This document shows positions 51,480 to 64,000 of a DNA stretch of 64,000 bases, piece after piece. A program made the translations under genes and the position numbers. Origin of the DNA: Epiperipatus broadwayi (Eukaryota; Animalia; Onychophora); NCBI GenBank assembly GCA_028023455.1, contig JAQFVV010000007.1:11284001-11348000 (forward strand), read 5' to 3'. How positions within the stretch are numbered: the first letter of the stretch is position 1; every line of letters starts with the position of its first letter. A model generated the notes under the pieces. The model saw nothing but the letters and a program-made list of their open reading frames with translations, did not search any database and had not been told where the DNA came from.

Positions 51480-52700
51480 AAAATAAGTGTCAGAAATATT
51501 TTCAGTTAATTTCTTAATCGTCTTCAACTAAAAACTATTTAATTTAAAATACAGCTGAAGTAACTTCATCATAGTATATACTAAGATTTATGAATTTTAA
51601 TATTATTACATTGTTTGTTAATTAAAGCTATTCTGTTTCTATTTATCAAAATTGTCTTTTTGTTTTATCTTTTATTATGATTTCTTACTTCATAAAGAAT
51701 TTTAGTCTTTTTCAGATCAAAATTGAAAGCAACACGTTTTTTTTTTTTATGATAAAAAAAAAAAAAGACATCATTTTAAAATCATTATTACTCTTATTTT
51801 TTTTATTTTATACATTTATATAACAAATGATACTCTTTGAACACTTTCTCGGATTGCGGGTATCAAATCATCAATGTTTGAAGCCTTGCATTTACATAAA
51901 TATTTGATACAGAATATTACTTAATTGTTTAAATTGTATAATATTTTTTGAATTATTTACCAATCTATTAATGTTAGGTGAATCAAAAAATGAAACATTA
52001 AGTACATCTTTATATATATTTAAAACAATTTAGCTTGAACATTTAAAACATATGAAATCAATATCCATTTATTATCATTAAATTTCTGCTCCTTTAAATT
52101 AATATATCTTTTTTTAAATTGACATAAAGTATAATAAATTTGTTTATTATTATACCCCATTTCAATCATCTTTTCTGCAAATATTTTCAATGCTATGTGA
52201 TTTATCATTTTCAGAATGACTTAAATTTTCGAATGCAAAAAAAAAAAAAATCTACGACTTGCTATCTCATTTATTTGATACTTTTTATTTATAATATGTA
52301 CAAATTCTTTCTCACAAAAGGTTAATTACAAATGTATAACTTATTTAACCATCATCTCTTGTAACATACAAACCAAGACATTTAATAGCTTTGTTCTCTT
52401 ACTACTTTAACAATCCATTTAAAATCAATTAACTTGTTTAGCTTATCCACAAGACAATTGATACTAATTTAATGTCCACAAAGAAAAATATCAACATATC
52501 TTTTAATTTTATTATTGTTATTTATAATTCACTATTTTTATTACAATTATATATAGAGAATAATATCACTCAAATCAGTATGGCAAACCAATGATTGTTT
52601 ATTCTTTACCAAAGTGTTAACAGTGGATGTAGAGGCATGGAAATGCTTATTAATATACATATGTAGCCTGAAAAAAAAAAGATTTACTTCCTTTGTTTAC
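51480..52700 (-). mobile_element. Decayed Penelope-like element (RT + GIY-YIG) ending in a family D hammerhead-like pLTR
   Basis: Minus-strand traces: GLP near 52580, RYVD(-)IF at about 52485-52501, KCLGLYVTR, EMGYNNKQI..ISYVLNVQAKL (ORF 52020-52208), SNILYQIF.CKC, FKEYH, KILYEVRNHNKR. 3' end tag-TTGAAGA(51521-51527)-c-gattaa/gaaa/ttaact-GAAA-ATATTT-ctg. Confidence 0.55.
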
Positions 52701-55629
52701 ATATTTACATTGAATTTTATTTTGTTTAATGTTTATGTATTAAAACATATTTAATTATTATAGTTAATGTATTAAAAGAGAGATTCTGTCTTCAGTCTTA
52801 TATTATTAATTATTAGTATAATAAATATTAAGTACCACATTTCATCCAGCTGATATATTAATTTTAATCTTTAATTATCAATAATGTTGACAAAAGTATG
52901 CTTATAAACATCAGAACTTCATGTCTCTTTGTTCAACATTTAGAGTGCATTTAATTCATAGCTTGAGAAAGGAAAATTTATTCTCATTGTTTATATTGTA
53001 ATGGTCAAGTTTTGTACATTCACATAACAGAATCTAGAATCCAGACAAAGAGACCAAAGCCAACCAGATCAGGAGTATGACATCCTGAATCCGACCAAAC
53101 TTCAACTCGTTTGCCTGTACTCCATGACTCAAGACCCTATGAACAACCACACTTGAAGTTACATGTAGTATATCTCTCTTTCACGGACAGCATAGGGCAG
53201 GGAGAAACATGAAACTCGGGACTTTAAATATATATATATAAATATTAACTAATTAATTGCTACCAGCATGAAATTAAAGATAACTTTCATAAATAGTAAT
53301 TAATGCATACATATTTTTATCACATATATAATTAACTAAGATTGAATTGGATTGAAATAGGAATGAGAAATAATACAAAACCAGAATAAATTTAACATAT
53401 ATTTATTAAACAAAACATAATTTAACATGAGAAAGCATGCAGACTTTATAATGTGAGGAGTTGACATTTCTCCTCATCAAATCTTTAATTATTAATATGA
53501 AGATACATATGAATAATCACTAAGCTATGCCTAAATAAGATTCTGCCAATTACTATTGAAAGTGTTAGCTGCCATTATGAATTTGCTGTACCAGTCTTAG
53601 GTAAAATATTTATTATCTTTTCCTTTTAAATGTATTTTATTCAAACATTTAAATAAATATTTTAAGCAAAATGTCTATGAAGACATTATTTTTTAAATAC
53701 AGTATGAGCTTATAATTCAACTCAAGAGTAGAGATTGAACCCAGAAACCAAAGATATAAATGTCAGTTTAATACTGAATAATTAATTAAATTGTGGAACT
53801 AAGAATTGGCTATAAAGAGATCACCGACATGCTACAGCACCAGAAAATTACAATAACAGAGCACCCTGCGGATAGATTAGTCAAGGGTTTTCGTGACAAA
53901 CACTGGAAGGTACTCTGGAACCTAGTGTCCTGCTGCTAAAAAGGTCAGGGTGGCTAACTTGACTGTTGGGAATTATTATGTCCAGTCTTAATAGTGTGTG
54001 CCTCAAAAGGGGTAAGATGTGATGGCCTTTCCTGAAGTCCTATCTTAAAAAGAAGATGCAGCAAAATGTTAAACATAGAATGTGATTTTAAGGTATCTAA
54101 TTCGCCAAGTGAAAGTATGTCATTAATTATTATAAAATATGGGGCAATAGCCCGGTCAGTATTACTATCATTAGCCAACTCTAACAACACTATATAAAAT
54201 CAAGCGACATTAGAGGGATAAAGAAAATATAATAAACTCTGGTTTATAGGTTTCAATCAATATATAATTTATTACAGGGGAGGGGAAAGTATATTGATCG
54301 AATGGCCAAATAATTTCTGAATATACTTTCATATTACTAAGACCAGCACATTACATTAATCTCAATAAGATAAAATTCAATAGCAGGCTTCACTACATTT
54401 AAAATTAAATAAAATTATAGGAATTCAAACCAATGAGCATCGATAATGTTATTAAGAAAATAGCTATGGGGAAGATATTTGCAATTATATCTCCACATAT
54501 TTATTATTTAAATGCTCACTGCTTCAAAGCATTGGCATATAAATAACAATAACAGTAAAGAAATATTACAGGTACAGCCACAGTGATAGATAAAGAAATG
54601 AGTGTAGGTTACATTTAGTTGAATTAAGATATAGACAAATTATACAAATGAAATATTTACTTAAACGAGAGTTGATAATAAAATATTTGTAGGAGTTTTA
54701 AAAAATTACATTATTTTATAGTTTGCTAGCTTTTAACTATGAAGTGGAAAATTTTAATTTAGAAATAGTTTGTTAACACAGAGCTCTGTGAATATGAATT
54801 GGCATTACCAATTAATTAGTTGCTGGTCTGTAGAAGCAGGTGTTGACTTTCTCCCATCAGATCTTTCAAAGATCGATTTGACATAGATTCAGCATGGTGA
54901 CACCCTTCTAAATTTAATGACCTCTCTCCTCTTACAAGCTTAAAATTGACCCTATTTATACTTCTACTAGAAAAGAATCTGCTTCGCCTGGAAACCCATT
55001 AACTCTATCTAAAATATCACCCTAAAATGTAACATTTCTCAATTTGATCAAACATACTTTTATTTAGGCTTCCATGATGCCGCAAATCCTCTCCCAGGTG
55101 TCAAAATAGTTTTGCTAAAGTGATTTATGACTATTTTTGCTATAAATAAATTTAGTATAGTAATTCTCAATTTTCTATTTGATTTAATCCCAGGTGTGGT
55201 GGACTTAAATGCAAATCTGTTTATCGCTAACTTTTTATTTCTAACTAAAAACTTTTTCTCTTTTACAAAAACAAAAATCATGCCACTCTACCTATATATT
55301 ATTATATAAGGTGAATTATACATCCACATACGAATTTATATTTATTACATTTAATAAATTGACATTTTTACTATTTAAAATTATAACATTAAATTGTATT
55401 TTTTATAAATGATTTAACATTATATTCCCTGTAACAACTACTAGCCTATGTATGTACAGTGTTTATTCATATGCGCATATATAACACTGTGCACCCAGCC
55501 ATGATAAAAAGTTTATGATTATTTATTAAAGTGTTCATTTTAATAGGGTTTGAACCCAGCACAGATGAGTTTGGTGGTTAAACTGAAAGGTGCAATGAGA
55601 AGAGCTTGAACCTGACCATTGCAATATAT

Positions 55630-55790
55630 ATACAATTCAGGATTCATAGGATTTGAGTCATGGCATTTGGATCCCTTACGTTTTTTGAATTTAATGACAG
55701 TTGAAGAGGGTTAAGGAATTAATCAAAAGTAGTTCTGTAAATTGAAAGACATATAATAGTTAATTACCATTATATTTATTATTTATATAT
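55630..55790 (+). mobile_element. Family D pLTR-like fragment
   Basis: acag-TTGAAGA(55701-55707)-g-ggttaa/ggaa/ttaatc-aAAA-GTAG-TT-ctgt; similar to 280-650. Confidence 0.6.
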
Positions 55791-56249
55791 TAAAAACCAG
55801 TCAATACTTCGACAATCCCAATATCAATAGTAATCAACAATTTCAGACTGTGGTCAAAGGAGGTTGTCTTGACAACAGGTTGAAATTGTTGATTGTTATT
55901 GATATTGTAATTCTTTGAACATTATTACTCTTAATATATATATGTCATTCAAGTCAATATTACAGGTCAATGAATGTTCACTATGACAATATGGATAGTA
56001 TATAAAAATAATTTCACAGAAAAATATGAATCTATCAACATAAACCTGAAGATTCAAGTTAATTGATAGTTTTATCTCACTTGATGAGGACTCATAAAAT
56101 GCAGGATAGAAAAAAAAAGTAGTCTGATTTTTGGTGTTAATGAATAGCTATGATGTGGTAGAGTTAACATGAGGTATACACTAATAAAAACAAAAGATAA
56201 CATTATTGTTCTCATTCTTTATTACTGCCTATTTTATTTAACTTAATAA

Positions 56250-56288
56250 TCCTGACAGTTTTGATTGAGGAGCAACCTTCTTCAGAGC
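56250..56288 (-). ncRNA. Minimal hammerhead remnant, same architecture as the 7955 copy
   Basis: ct-CTGAAGA(56279-56285)-a-ggttg/ctcct/caatc-aAAAC-T-GTC^agg, followed by an AATAAA-containing AT tract; G12 replaced by A. Confidence 0.6.
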
Positions 56289-59200
56289 CTCCTCTTGTTA
56301 TTCAGTTTCTCGAGTAAACTGATGATTAATAGTAGAGATTCGTCAGTGATTAATAGATTATTTTTTAGAATTCGCCTACACATAGTTTACAAGTGAAATA
56401 AAAAAATAAATTTATTATTTATCAAATTTTCATTACTCAGGAGTTTATATGCTACTCTAATGTCTAAGTGATAATATGAACACTATTTCTTAACCAAAAA
56501 GATTTTGACTTTGCTCAAGTGGAACCATGCAGACATATCTAAAATGTGAGTCTGCTATTACTCAATTGGTTTAAACTGCTTAGGCAAGGTATTAAATCAA
56601 TCAAAATAATAGAGGAAATTATTAATAATAATGATATATTATTTTTAAAAATATTGTAAGCATTAAAATAATTTAAGATAATTTATTAATTATATTTATT
56701 TTTTATTTTTTAATAGGTAAGTGTTTCTCTTTTCAATCGCTCTTTCACCATTCATAATCTTGTTGGATTATTACGCAGGTATTGTAAGTTTTTTTCTTAT
56801 TGCGTAATTGTTATTAATATTTGATATCATTATACAAGTTAATACGTCATGTTTTAGTTTTTTAGCATTTACATATGATTTAATTAAAATATTAAAATAA
56901 AGTGAACCATGAATTATTCATTTCCCATCTTTGTTTAAAATGAAAATATTTACACCTGCCTAATCCGTGTTTCTGTTTAACCAAGAACTTAACTCCTCCA
57001 GTCTGACATATTTCTGTGTCATATTTCTATGGGGAATATTTACTTGTAAATATTCTTTGTTATCAAAATTATTTTTTAGTATAAATTGAATGAACTTTTA
57101 AAATACGATCTGATTTTTTTTTCTTGTATTTTTAATTTTAATGCAAGAAGATTACCGACTTCTGAAAATGGTGACAAATCCGGCTTGAACTGGAAAAATG
57201 TCAGCTGAACGTAAAACATGAGATTAAGATCACCTGTAGGTGTTTTAATGAGTTTTATTTTAAAAAAAGTGCAAAGAAAAAACACCTTAGAGATTCTAGA
57301 AGTGAAAGAAACAAATTTAAGCAATTAAAAAAAAAAAAAAAAAACGGCATAAAAATTAAATGCTATTTAAATAAAAATTGTGTTCAATTTTCTTTCTCAA
57401 CATCTCTAATTATTGAGCAACATTTATTACATTTAAAATTTATATATAGTTTAAGCTCCTGATTTTTTATATACCATTATCAGCAATTATCAATATCCAC
57501 TATGCATAAAAATCCCATGGAAGTGGGAGTATGTTTCTATGTTATAAATATGACCTCAAATATAGATAGGAAGAGCGATTTTTTCCCCTATTGCTGAATA
57601 TTTTGAGTAAGCTTAAGATTTTTCTTAGGCAGCTAATCCGCCTTTAGGCACATTAACATTCTATTTAAGATTATTCTATTGTTGTTATTATTATTATTAT
57701 TTTATATTTTTTCAGTGCTGATACAAAATAGAAATTATTATTCTCATCAGTCCTCCCTATTATAAAATATGGGTCAATCATCTGGAATTCTAATTATATA
57801 TAAGATTATAGCGTAATTAACTCAGTTATTAAGATATTTTTAAATATATCTTTTTGAGCAATAAAGATTACCTTTATTTGAGTTGCCAATTTAGAGATCT
57901 TCATTTTTTTTCCTCAATTATTAATTGACATATTGTATTACCTAATATAATCTCAGTGATTTTAATTATATCTTTGTATATATTATATCTTGACTGTTAT
58001 AGAATGACCATTATATATATATAAAATTCAATCCATAATGTTTTTATTCCGTCTGCAAAACCACATCTGATTTGTTGCTACCCAGCAATACACCTTAGCT
58101 GTGAAATTAACTTTATGTACATATATTTATATATATAATGATCATACCATTTAATCATTAAATTACATATAAATATATATATTCAATGATATTATTTTTT
58201 TCCATTTAAGCTAACATTTTATATAATCAGGATTAATGATGATCATTTTAATTTAGATCCTAAGCAATTGTATAATATTTTTAGATTTAGTTAATTTAGA
58301 TTTATATATTAGACAAAATTCTGGAACTAATTCTACAATTTTCAAAATACAAATATATAGGTGAATAAATAAAAGTTAGAACAATCTTACAACATAATTA
58401 TTATCCCAAGTACTTTCCAGGTAGAATTTAAAATATCAAAGTAGCATTAAAATTTCACAAAATTAATTTGTCAATTTTGATATTAATTGATAATCATTGG
58501 ATGTTACCCTCAGAAGAACGGTGGTAGTTCTACTGCTTTAGAACATTGTTTTACTATTAGCTTAACTTGTATTAGTATAGGATTTTTATGAAACATAGAT
58601 TCTCACATATTCCTTTTATTGAATGTTTAATTGGAAAAAAAATATGAGTGGGTCAATATTTTTTGGTCAGTCAGAAAATAACAATCATTTTTACTCCATT
58701 GTTTTTGAAGGAAATATTTAACATGGGCATTGTTTCTTTTTAACCAATTTTCAATGTGAAACATGCCACATAATGCCATTATATGACTAAATTGTCATGG
58801 TGTTAGTCAATTTTTTTTAATATTTATAAAACAAGTTGCAGATGTTAAAGCAGAATATGGTAAGTTTATTACAAATCCATATTCAATCATTCACATTTAA
58901 CCCTCTTGCATTCTGACATTTTTTATTGTTTTATATGATGAGAATTTTTGGAAATGATCAAAACTCAATAAATTAGACTTGATTTTCTTTTAATTTAATT
59001 TTATGAATGAATATTATTCTAAACATTATCACTGATATTTATATAAACACTAAAACTAAAAAGGAATGCATTCATTTCTAAGTTTTTTTTTTTTAATGCA
59101 AATGAATGAAAGTAGATTTATAATAACTATCAAATTCTTCTTTAAAATCTGATAGTTTCTTATAAAAATTACAATATTTTAAAAGATTTTATTACCAAGT

Positions 59201-61899
59201 CAATCTTTTGACAGATAATGACATAATAAACATTGCCATTTTTTGTTTATATTATAATCAAGTTTATTAACTTCTATCTTTAAAAATAAAACTCAAATGA
59301 ATAAATTGAAAGTTTATCTCTGTATTTCTTTTTAATATCAACCAATTAGTGTGTAAAAATAATGAAAAATACTTTATAAACCAGCAAAAAATCATTTTTA
59401 ATTATATTGCAAAGAAGAACACAAACACATTACATTTTTTTCTATGAAAAAAACAAAGGAGAAATCTTTTGATTTTATCTGCAGTCTATAAGGGACTGAC
59501 CTTTTAATATTTTTCTTTAAAATTTAACATTAATAAAAAAATATAGAATTTATTTTTTAAAAATGTGACTACTACAATCTAAAGTTACATGACAACAGTA
59601 CTTTTCTGAGAAAACTTACAGTGATTTTCAATTGAAGATTTACAAGTAAAAAAAAAAAAACTTAAAATAAAAAAGATTTTGTTCATTTTCTGAAAGAGTA
59701 TTTATAATAACATCATTGGTGATGTTTATGCCTTCTGTTTTTATTTACAAATCAATTTTTAGATATTTAAAATAGTCAAATGTGATTTTTGTAGAATATT
59801 ATTTATTTATAAAATTAAATAAAACTCAAGTCCAATTATTAAGATTTTGTGCAGAAATGAAAAGTTGAGCATTTTTAAAAACCCTCATGAGGATGAAACA
59901 AAAGCAAATGTCAAAATTTGTGAGAGATAATGTTATCATGTGAATAGCCAATTTAACATAATTTATATGCATTTATATAATTATATTATTTATTTAATAA
60001 ATTATATATCATATTTATAAAATATGCCTCATTGAACTTCTTCCTCAAATCATTTTTTGCATAAATAATACAAATATTGACAAATAACTGCTATTGCAAA
60101 TAATTAAATGGTTGTAATTCAGTTTAAATCCAACAACAAAATTGTGTACTTTATTATATTGGATTTCATATTCTGACTTTAAATAGTTACTCAAAATGAC
60201 ATTCATACCTAAGCTGGCTGTACTTTTTTTATTTGTATATTAGGTACTTTGATAATTATTGAATTAATTCCAATATTTTTCTATATTATTCTATCTGATT
60301 TTGCATACACAAATTGTTTATATTTTTTGCTGCTTTTTTAAAACTATTGTGTATTGTAAAATATATATTTTTTATTTTTATGTATATTTCTGTATTTGCT
60401 ATATGTTGTTTTACTCCACTGTGAATACATATTTTTAAACTATATATATTGTACCCTCACTTCCAGAAATATATAATATAAATTAAAATATGACTAGCTC
60501 AATTAAATCGTTATGCTCGGCTAAAATATGTATAACTATTATTAATATATTTTTATAATACTATATCTTATCAGATTTAGTACAACTAACAGAAAATTAA
60601 TATGGTTCAATATCATGCACTAATTAAATAAGTATTTATTAAATCATGAGACTATGAAGTGAAGTTACAAGTGGTAATTGAATTTACATTGAGGCCATAT
60701 CTTCTAAGATATTATCTCAATGGCATAAGAATACTATTACCTCTTTATTATCTCACTAATACATCTATAGCACTCCTATGTCTTTTATAAAATTAACTAA
60801 CTTCAATAATATCAATAAATAAATCTCAATCTTTTATCAAAGAAATATAACTAAATAATCTCAGGTTCTTTTAATTATCTTAAAGTAATAATACTTCTTG
60901 CAGATAGGCATGATAAGGGATTTAATATCAAACCTAACTACACCTAACTTATAATAATAATAAATATCTAATAATAACAATCTCCAGTGTATAAGTTAAC
61001 CTTATCTATTTTATTATACTACTAATCATTAAGAAAAAAGTAAATCATCTACATGTCTTTCATCTTCATATAGTATCTTAATTGAGAATATAATAAAATC
61101 TTATAATTTAATAATATGTGGCAATAAATAATATTATACTCTTATATTGTGCATTATAATTATTTTTGTGACCATTATAACATAATATGTTAATGCCAAT
61201 GAATTTCTATAAATCATATTAAGAAAATACTGTATTTCTTTTTTTAAAAAAATAATAATTTAATTCATAATGTGCAAATATTATGTTTTATTCAAATTAT
61301 CTGTTGTCAAATGCTGTGGTGCAAAATAATGAATTCGACAGACTTTTAAAACAACTTAAACACATTTATTTACATCAACTTTAATAAACAACTTATATAC
61401 ATTATTTACATTACAAGTGGAAATCAAGAAAAATAAAATAAGAAAAATAATAATAATACAAGATTCTTACATTGTTGTTATTTCTATAATCCAAAATAAA
61501 TAATCCATACATTTCTTAAATGTTTTATTAGTAACATGTAATTGAGTCTATGAACTTATATTTTACTAGATATCATTTATAATCACTTAGTACAATAGAA
61601 GGCTTTTATGTAAAATATCACTTATGTAGCACATGTAAAATAAACAAACTTTAATAATTAAAATGCTACTCCATTTAAGTATTCTAGCTATTTCTATTAT
61701 AATGTAGCTATTATGTATTACATGTATTATTAGCATTAACTAAAGATCAACTAATGTATAAATTGATATAACTTTATAATATTATGTGACTTTTATTGAT
61801 TACATAATTATTTACTTCATTCTGATGTAATTTCATAATATATGTCTTACCAAAATATGCAATACATATATGTTCTTTTCTTAAAATAATATTTTAAAA

Positions 61900-62750
61900 T
61901 TATTCAACAATTTTGTGAAGACAAAATTTTTATTTATAAATTACCAATTTTTATAAAGTTATTATATTAAAATAAAATTCTATGATTCTTTTCCATTTAA
62001 ACTACTATTCTTTTCTACTTGTTATTCCTATTCCCTCTTAATAAATCTTATCTTCAAGTATCATTCTAATCTTATTTAACTTCAGTATCAGCTTACCAAT
62101 TTTTTAAAAAAAATGACTATCCAAACTCTCTTATATCTCATCATCTATATATGATAAACTCTTCAAACAAAATATAAATTTCTATATAAAATTAATTTAA
62201 CTTGTCTAATAAAAAAAAATAAAAATATAGATATATTTTTACCTCTTACTAATTTGAAAATAAATATAAATGACTCATACTAATATAATAAATCAAATTC
62301 CTAATATTATAATAGAAAACATTAAAGTGTATTCACAAAAGAATCATATAATTATTTCTGGATAACTCTTATTACGTTGTAATAAATTTATATTGTAAAA
62401 TAAAGTATGCATATTAAAATAAAACTATTATTGATAATATTATGCGTGTATGTTCTTTAAATATTTATACATTCACTCAACAATCAAATAATATTTGGTT
62501 TATCTAAAGAAAACAAAGCAAAATACATTAAATTATTAATATTATATAATTATTACCATAAATGATACTCCAATTTATAATCAGCCAAACGATGTCCTCC
62601 AGGATTATAGCTTTACAAAAATAATATCACATTTATACTCAACAATTATTCTTAAAATATTACATGTTGTAAAATTATATAAAAAAATAAACTTTATGAA
62701 ATTAAGTGTTATATTATTATGTAGTTACTTTTAAAATGTACCTCTCTTAT
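61900..62750 (+). mobile_element. Possible very old Penelope-like fragment
   Basis: Traces of F.KNDYP.SLI and CNKF(Y)I motifs in the expected order; heavily frameshifted. Confidence 0.3.
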
Positions 62751-62879
62751 CTCTAATAGATCAATAAATAATTAAATATCTATGTTAGTTAAGAAAACAA
62801 AATATGTTACATAAAATCCAACGGTGTCTTCTTTCCACCCACAATTGTTCTTTTTTCCTAGGCACAACATTTTACCAAC

Positions 62880-62905
62880 ACCACTTCCTTTTTCCGGTAC
62901 GTCAT
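62880..62905. promoter_or_regulatory. Cluster of ETS-like (ACTTCC, TTCCGG) and CRE-like (TACGTCA) motifs in a CpG-retaining patch
   Basis: ccacttcctttttccggtacgtcatg; motif match only. Confidence 0.25.
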
Positions 62906-64000
62906 GTGTTTAAACAGTTTTTATGAAATAAATGGAAAAACGTTTTTTTTTTTTAAAAAAAAAAAGATAAAATAAGTTCCACCATAAAGAAACAAAATAA
63001 TAATTAAAACAGTTTATAGGATCCAGATTTGTTTAAAAGTTATTATCTTCCTAGGATTAATCAATAGTTAAATGTTTAATTTAAGTTTTTTATAAAAATT
63101 GACTTGGATATCCACGTATACTTCTTTGCGCATTTCTTAAAATATTCAGCAGAACATTTTTTAAATTTTTCTATATAACCAGCATATAGAATTTAAATAT
63201 TATAACGTTTTTATAAGTATTTATTTATCAATTAAATTTCCGAATTATCAGTTTTTTTTTAAAAGCTATCAACATCTAGTCTTTTAAATAACAAAGACTT
63301 AATAAGGCAAGTATTTCTGCAATTATTATTAACTTCCATATCTTTACCAAAAGATATATTAAAATATATAATTTAAAAATACTTTCTTCATAAAGAAGTA
63401 TTTATTTTTCTTTAAAATATTTGTTTATAAAAAATTAATTATAATCAACTTTTAAATTCATATAATATCCAATATATTATTTTTATCCAACTAGTAATTC
63501 TCCTAGTTAATCCAGTGTTCACTATATTTTTAATATAAAGTTTCCAACACATTTTATCAATATACGATATTTTCATGATTATTTGATAGTAAAATTGAGC
63601 CTTGATAGAGACGATCAATAGGGAATTATAAATAAATTAGCACTGCATATTAAACGGTAAACTTTTATAAAATTATTTAAAACTACTCTCTTATAAATTA
63701 AGAAACTATTACGAGAGCGTCTATAATTTTTTACTTAGCTATATTTAATAGCACACTTCACTTAAAAGAAATTACAATCACCCTCTGAACAATTGAACCT
63801 CGGTTTTTATACCGGAAGAAATTACCCACTTGATTGGTAAATTAAACAATCACCTTGCTAGCCTATTTACATATCTTACCAACAATACAAAATTAAAAAT
63901 AAATATTGACTTATTTAATATTTATTATTTATTACATTACTTAATTCTTAAATTAATTTTTATCATTTATTTAAATCCATTAAACATTTTTTAAAAAGAT

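Noticed and set aside
57076-57324. 82-aa minus-strand ORF in a CpG-retaining patch
   Set aside because: No recognisable domain, a non-ATG start, and a length expected by chance.

Overview
This is an AT-rich (by eye about 25-28% GC), largely CpG-depleted animal genomic window, probably invertebrate. I find no intact protein-coding gene, and most long ORFs in the track are pieces or antisense shadows of decayed transposons. Conventional content: a near-full-length L1/Tx1-type LINE (about 9.83-17.1 kb, minus strand), three or four RTE-clade LINEs (one with a twin-priming 5' inversion), CR1/L2-type LINE pieces, a Buster/ZBED5-type hAT transposase remnant, a SPIN/URR1-like hAT MITE, a piggyBac end, a tRNA-derived SINE, Penelope-like remnants and microsatellites. 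The most striking signal is a dense set of type I hammerhead ribozyme (HHR) motifs from at least five sequence families. Two are retrozyme-like tandem units: about 421 bp (family A, inserted into the RT of the L1/Tx1 element) and about 452 bp (family B, three-unit array at 23.6-25.0 kb). Most HHR insertions are head-to-head inverted pairs, and three have 11-13 bp target-site duplications. In family A both arms exceed one unit length, which suggests two-ended reverse transcription of a circular or multimeric ribozyme RNA, probably by Penelope-like machinery. All structures and alignments were read by eye; no folding or database search was run.
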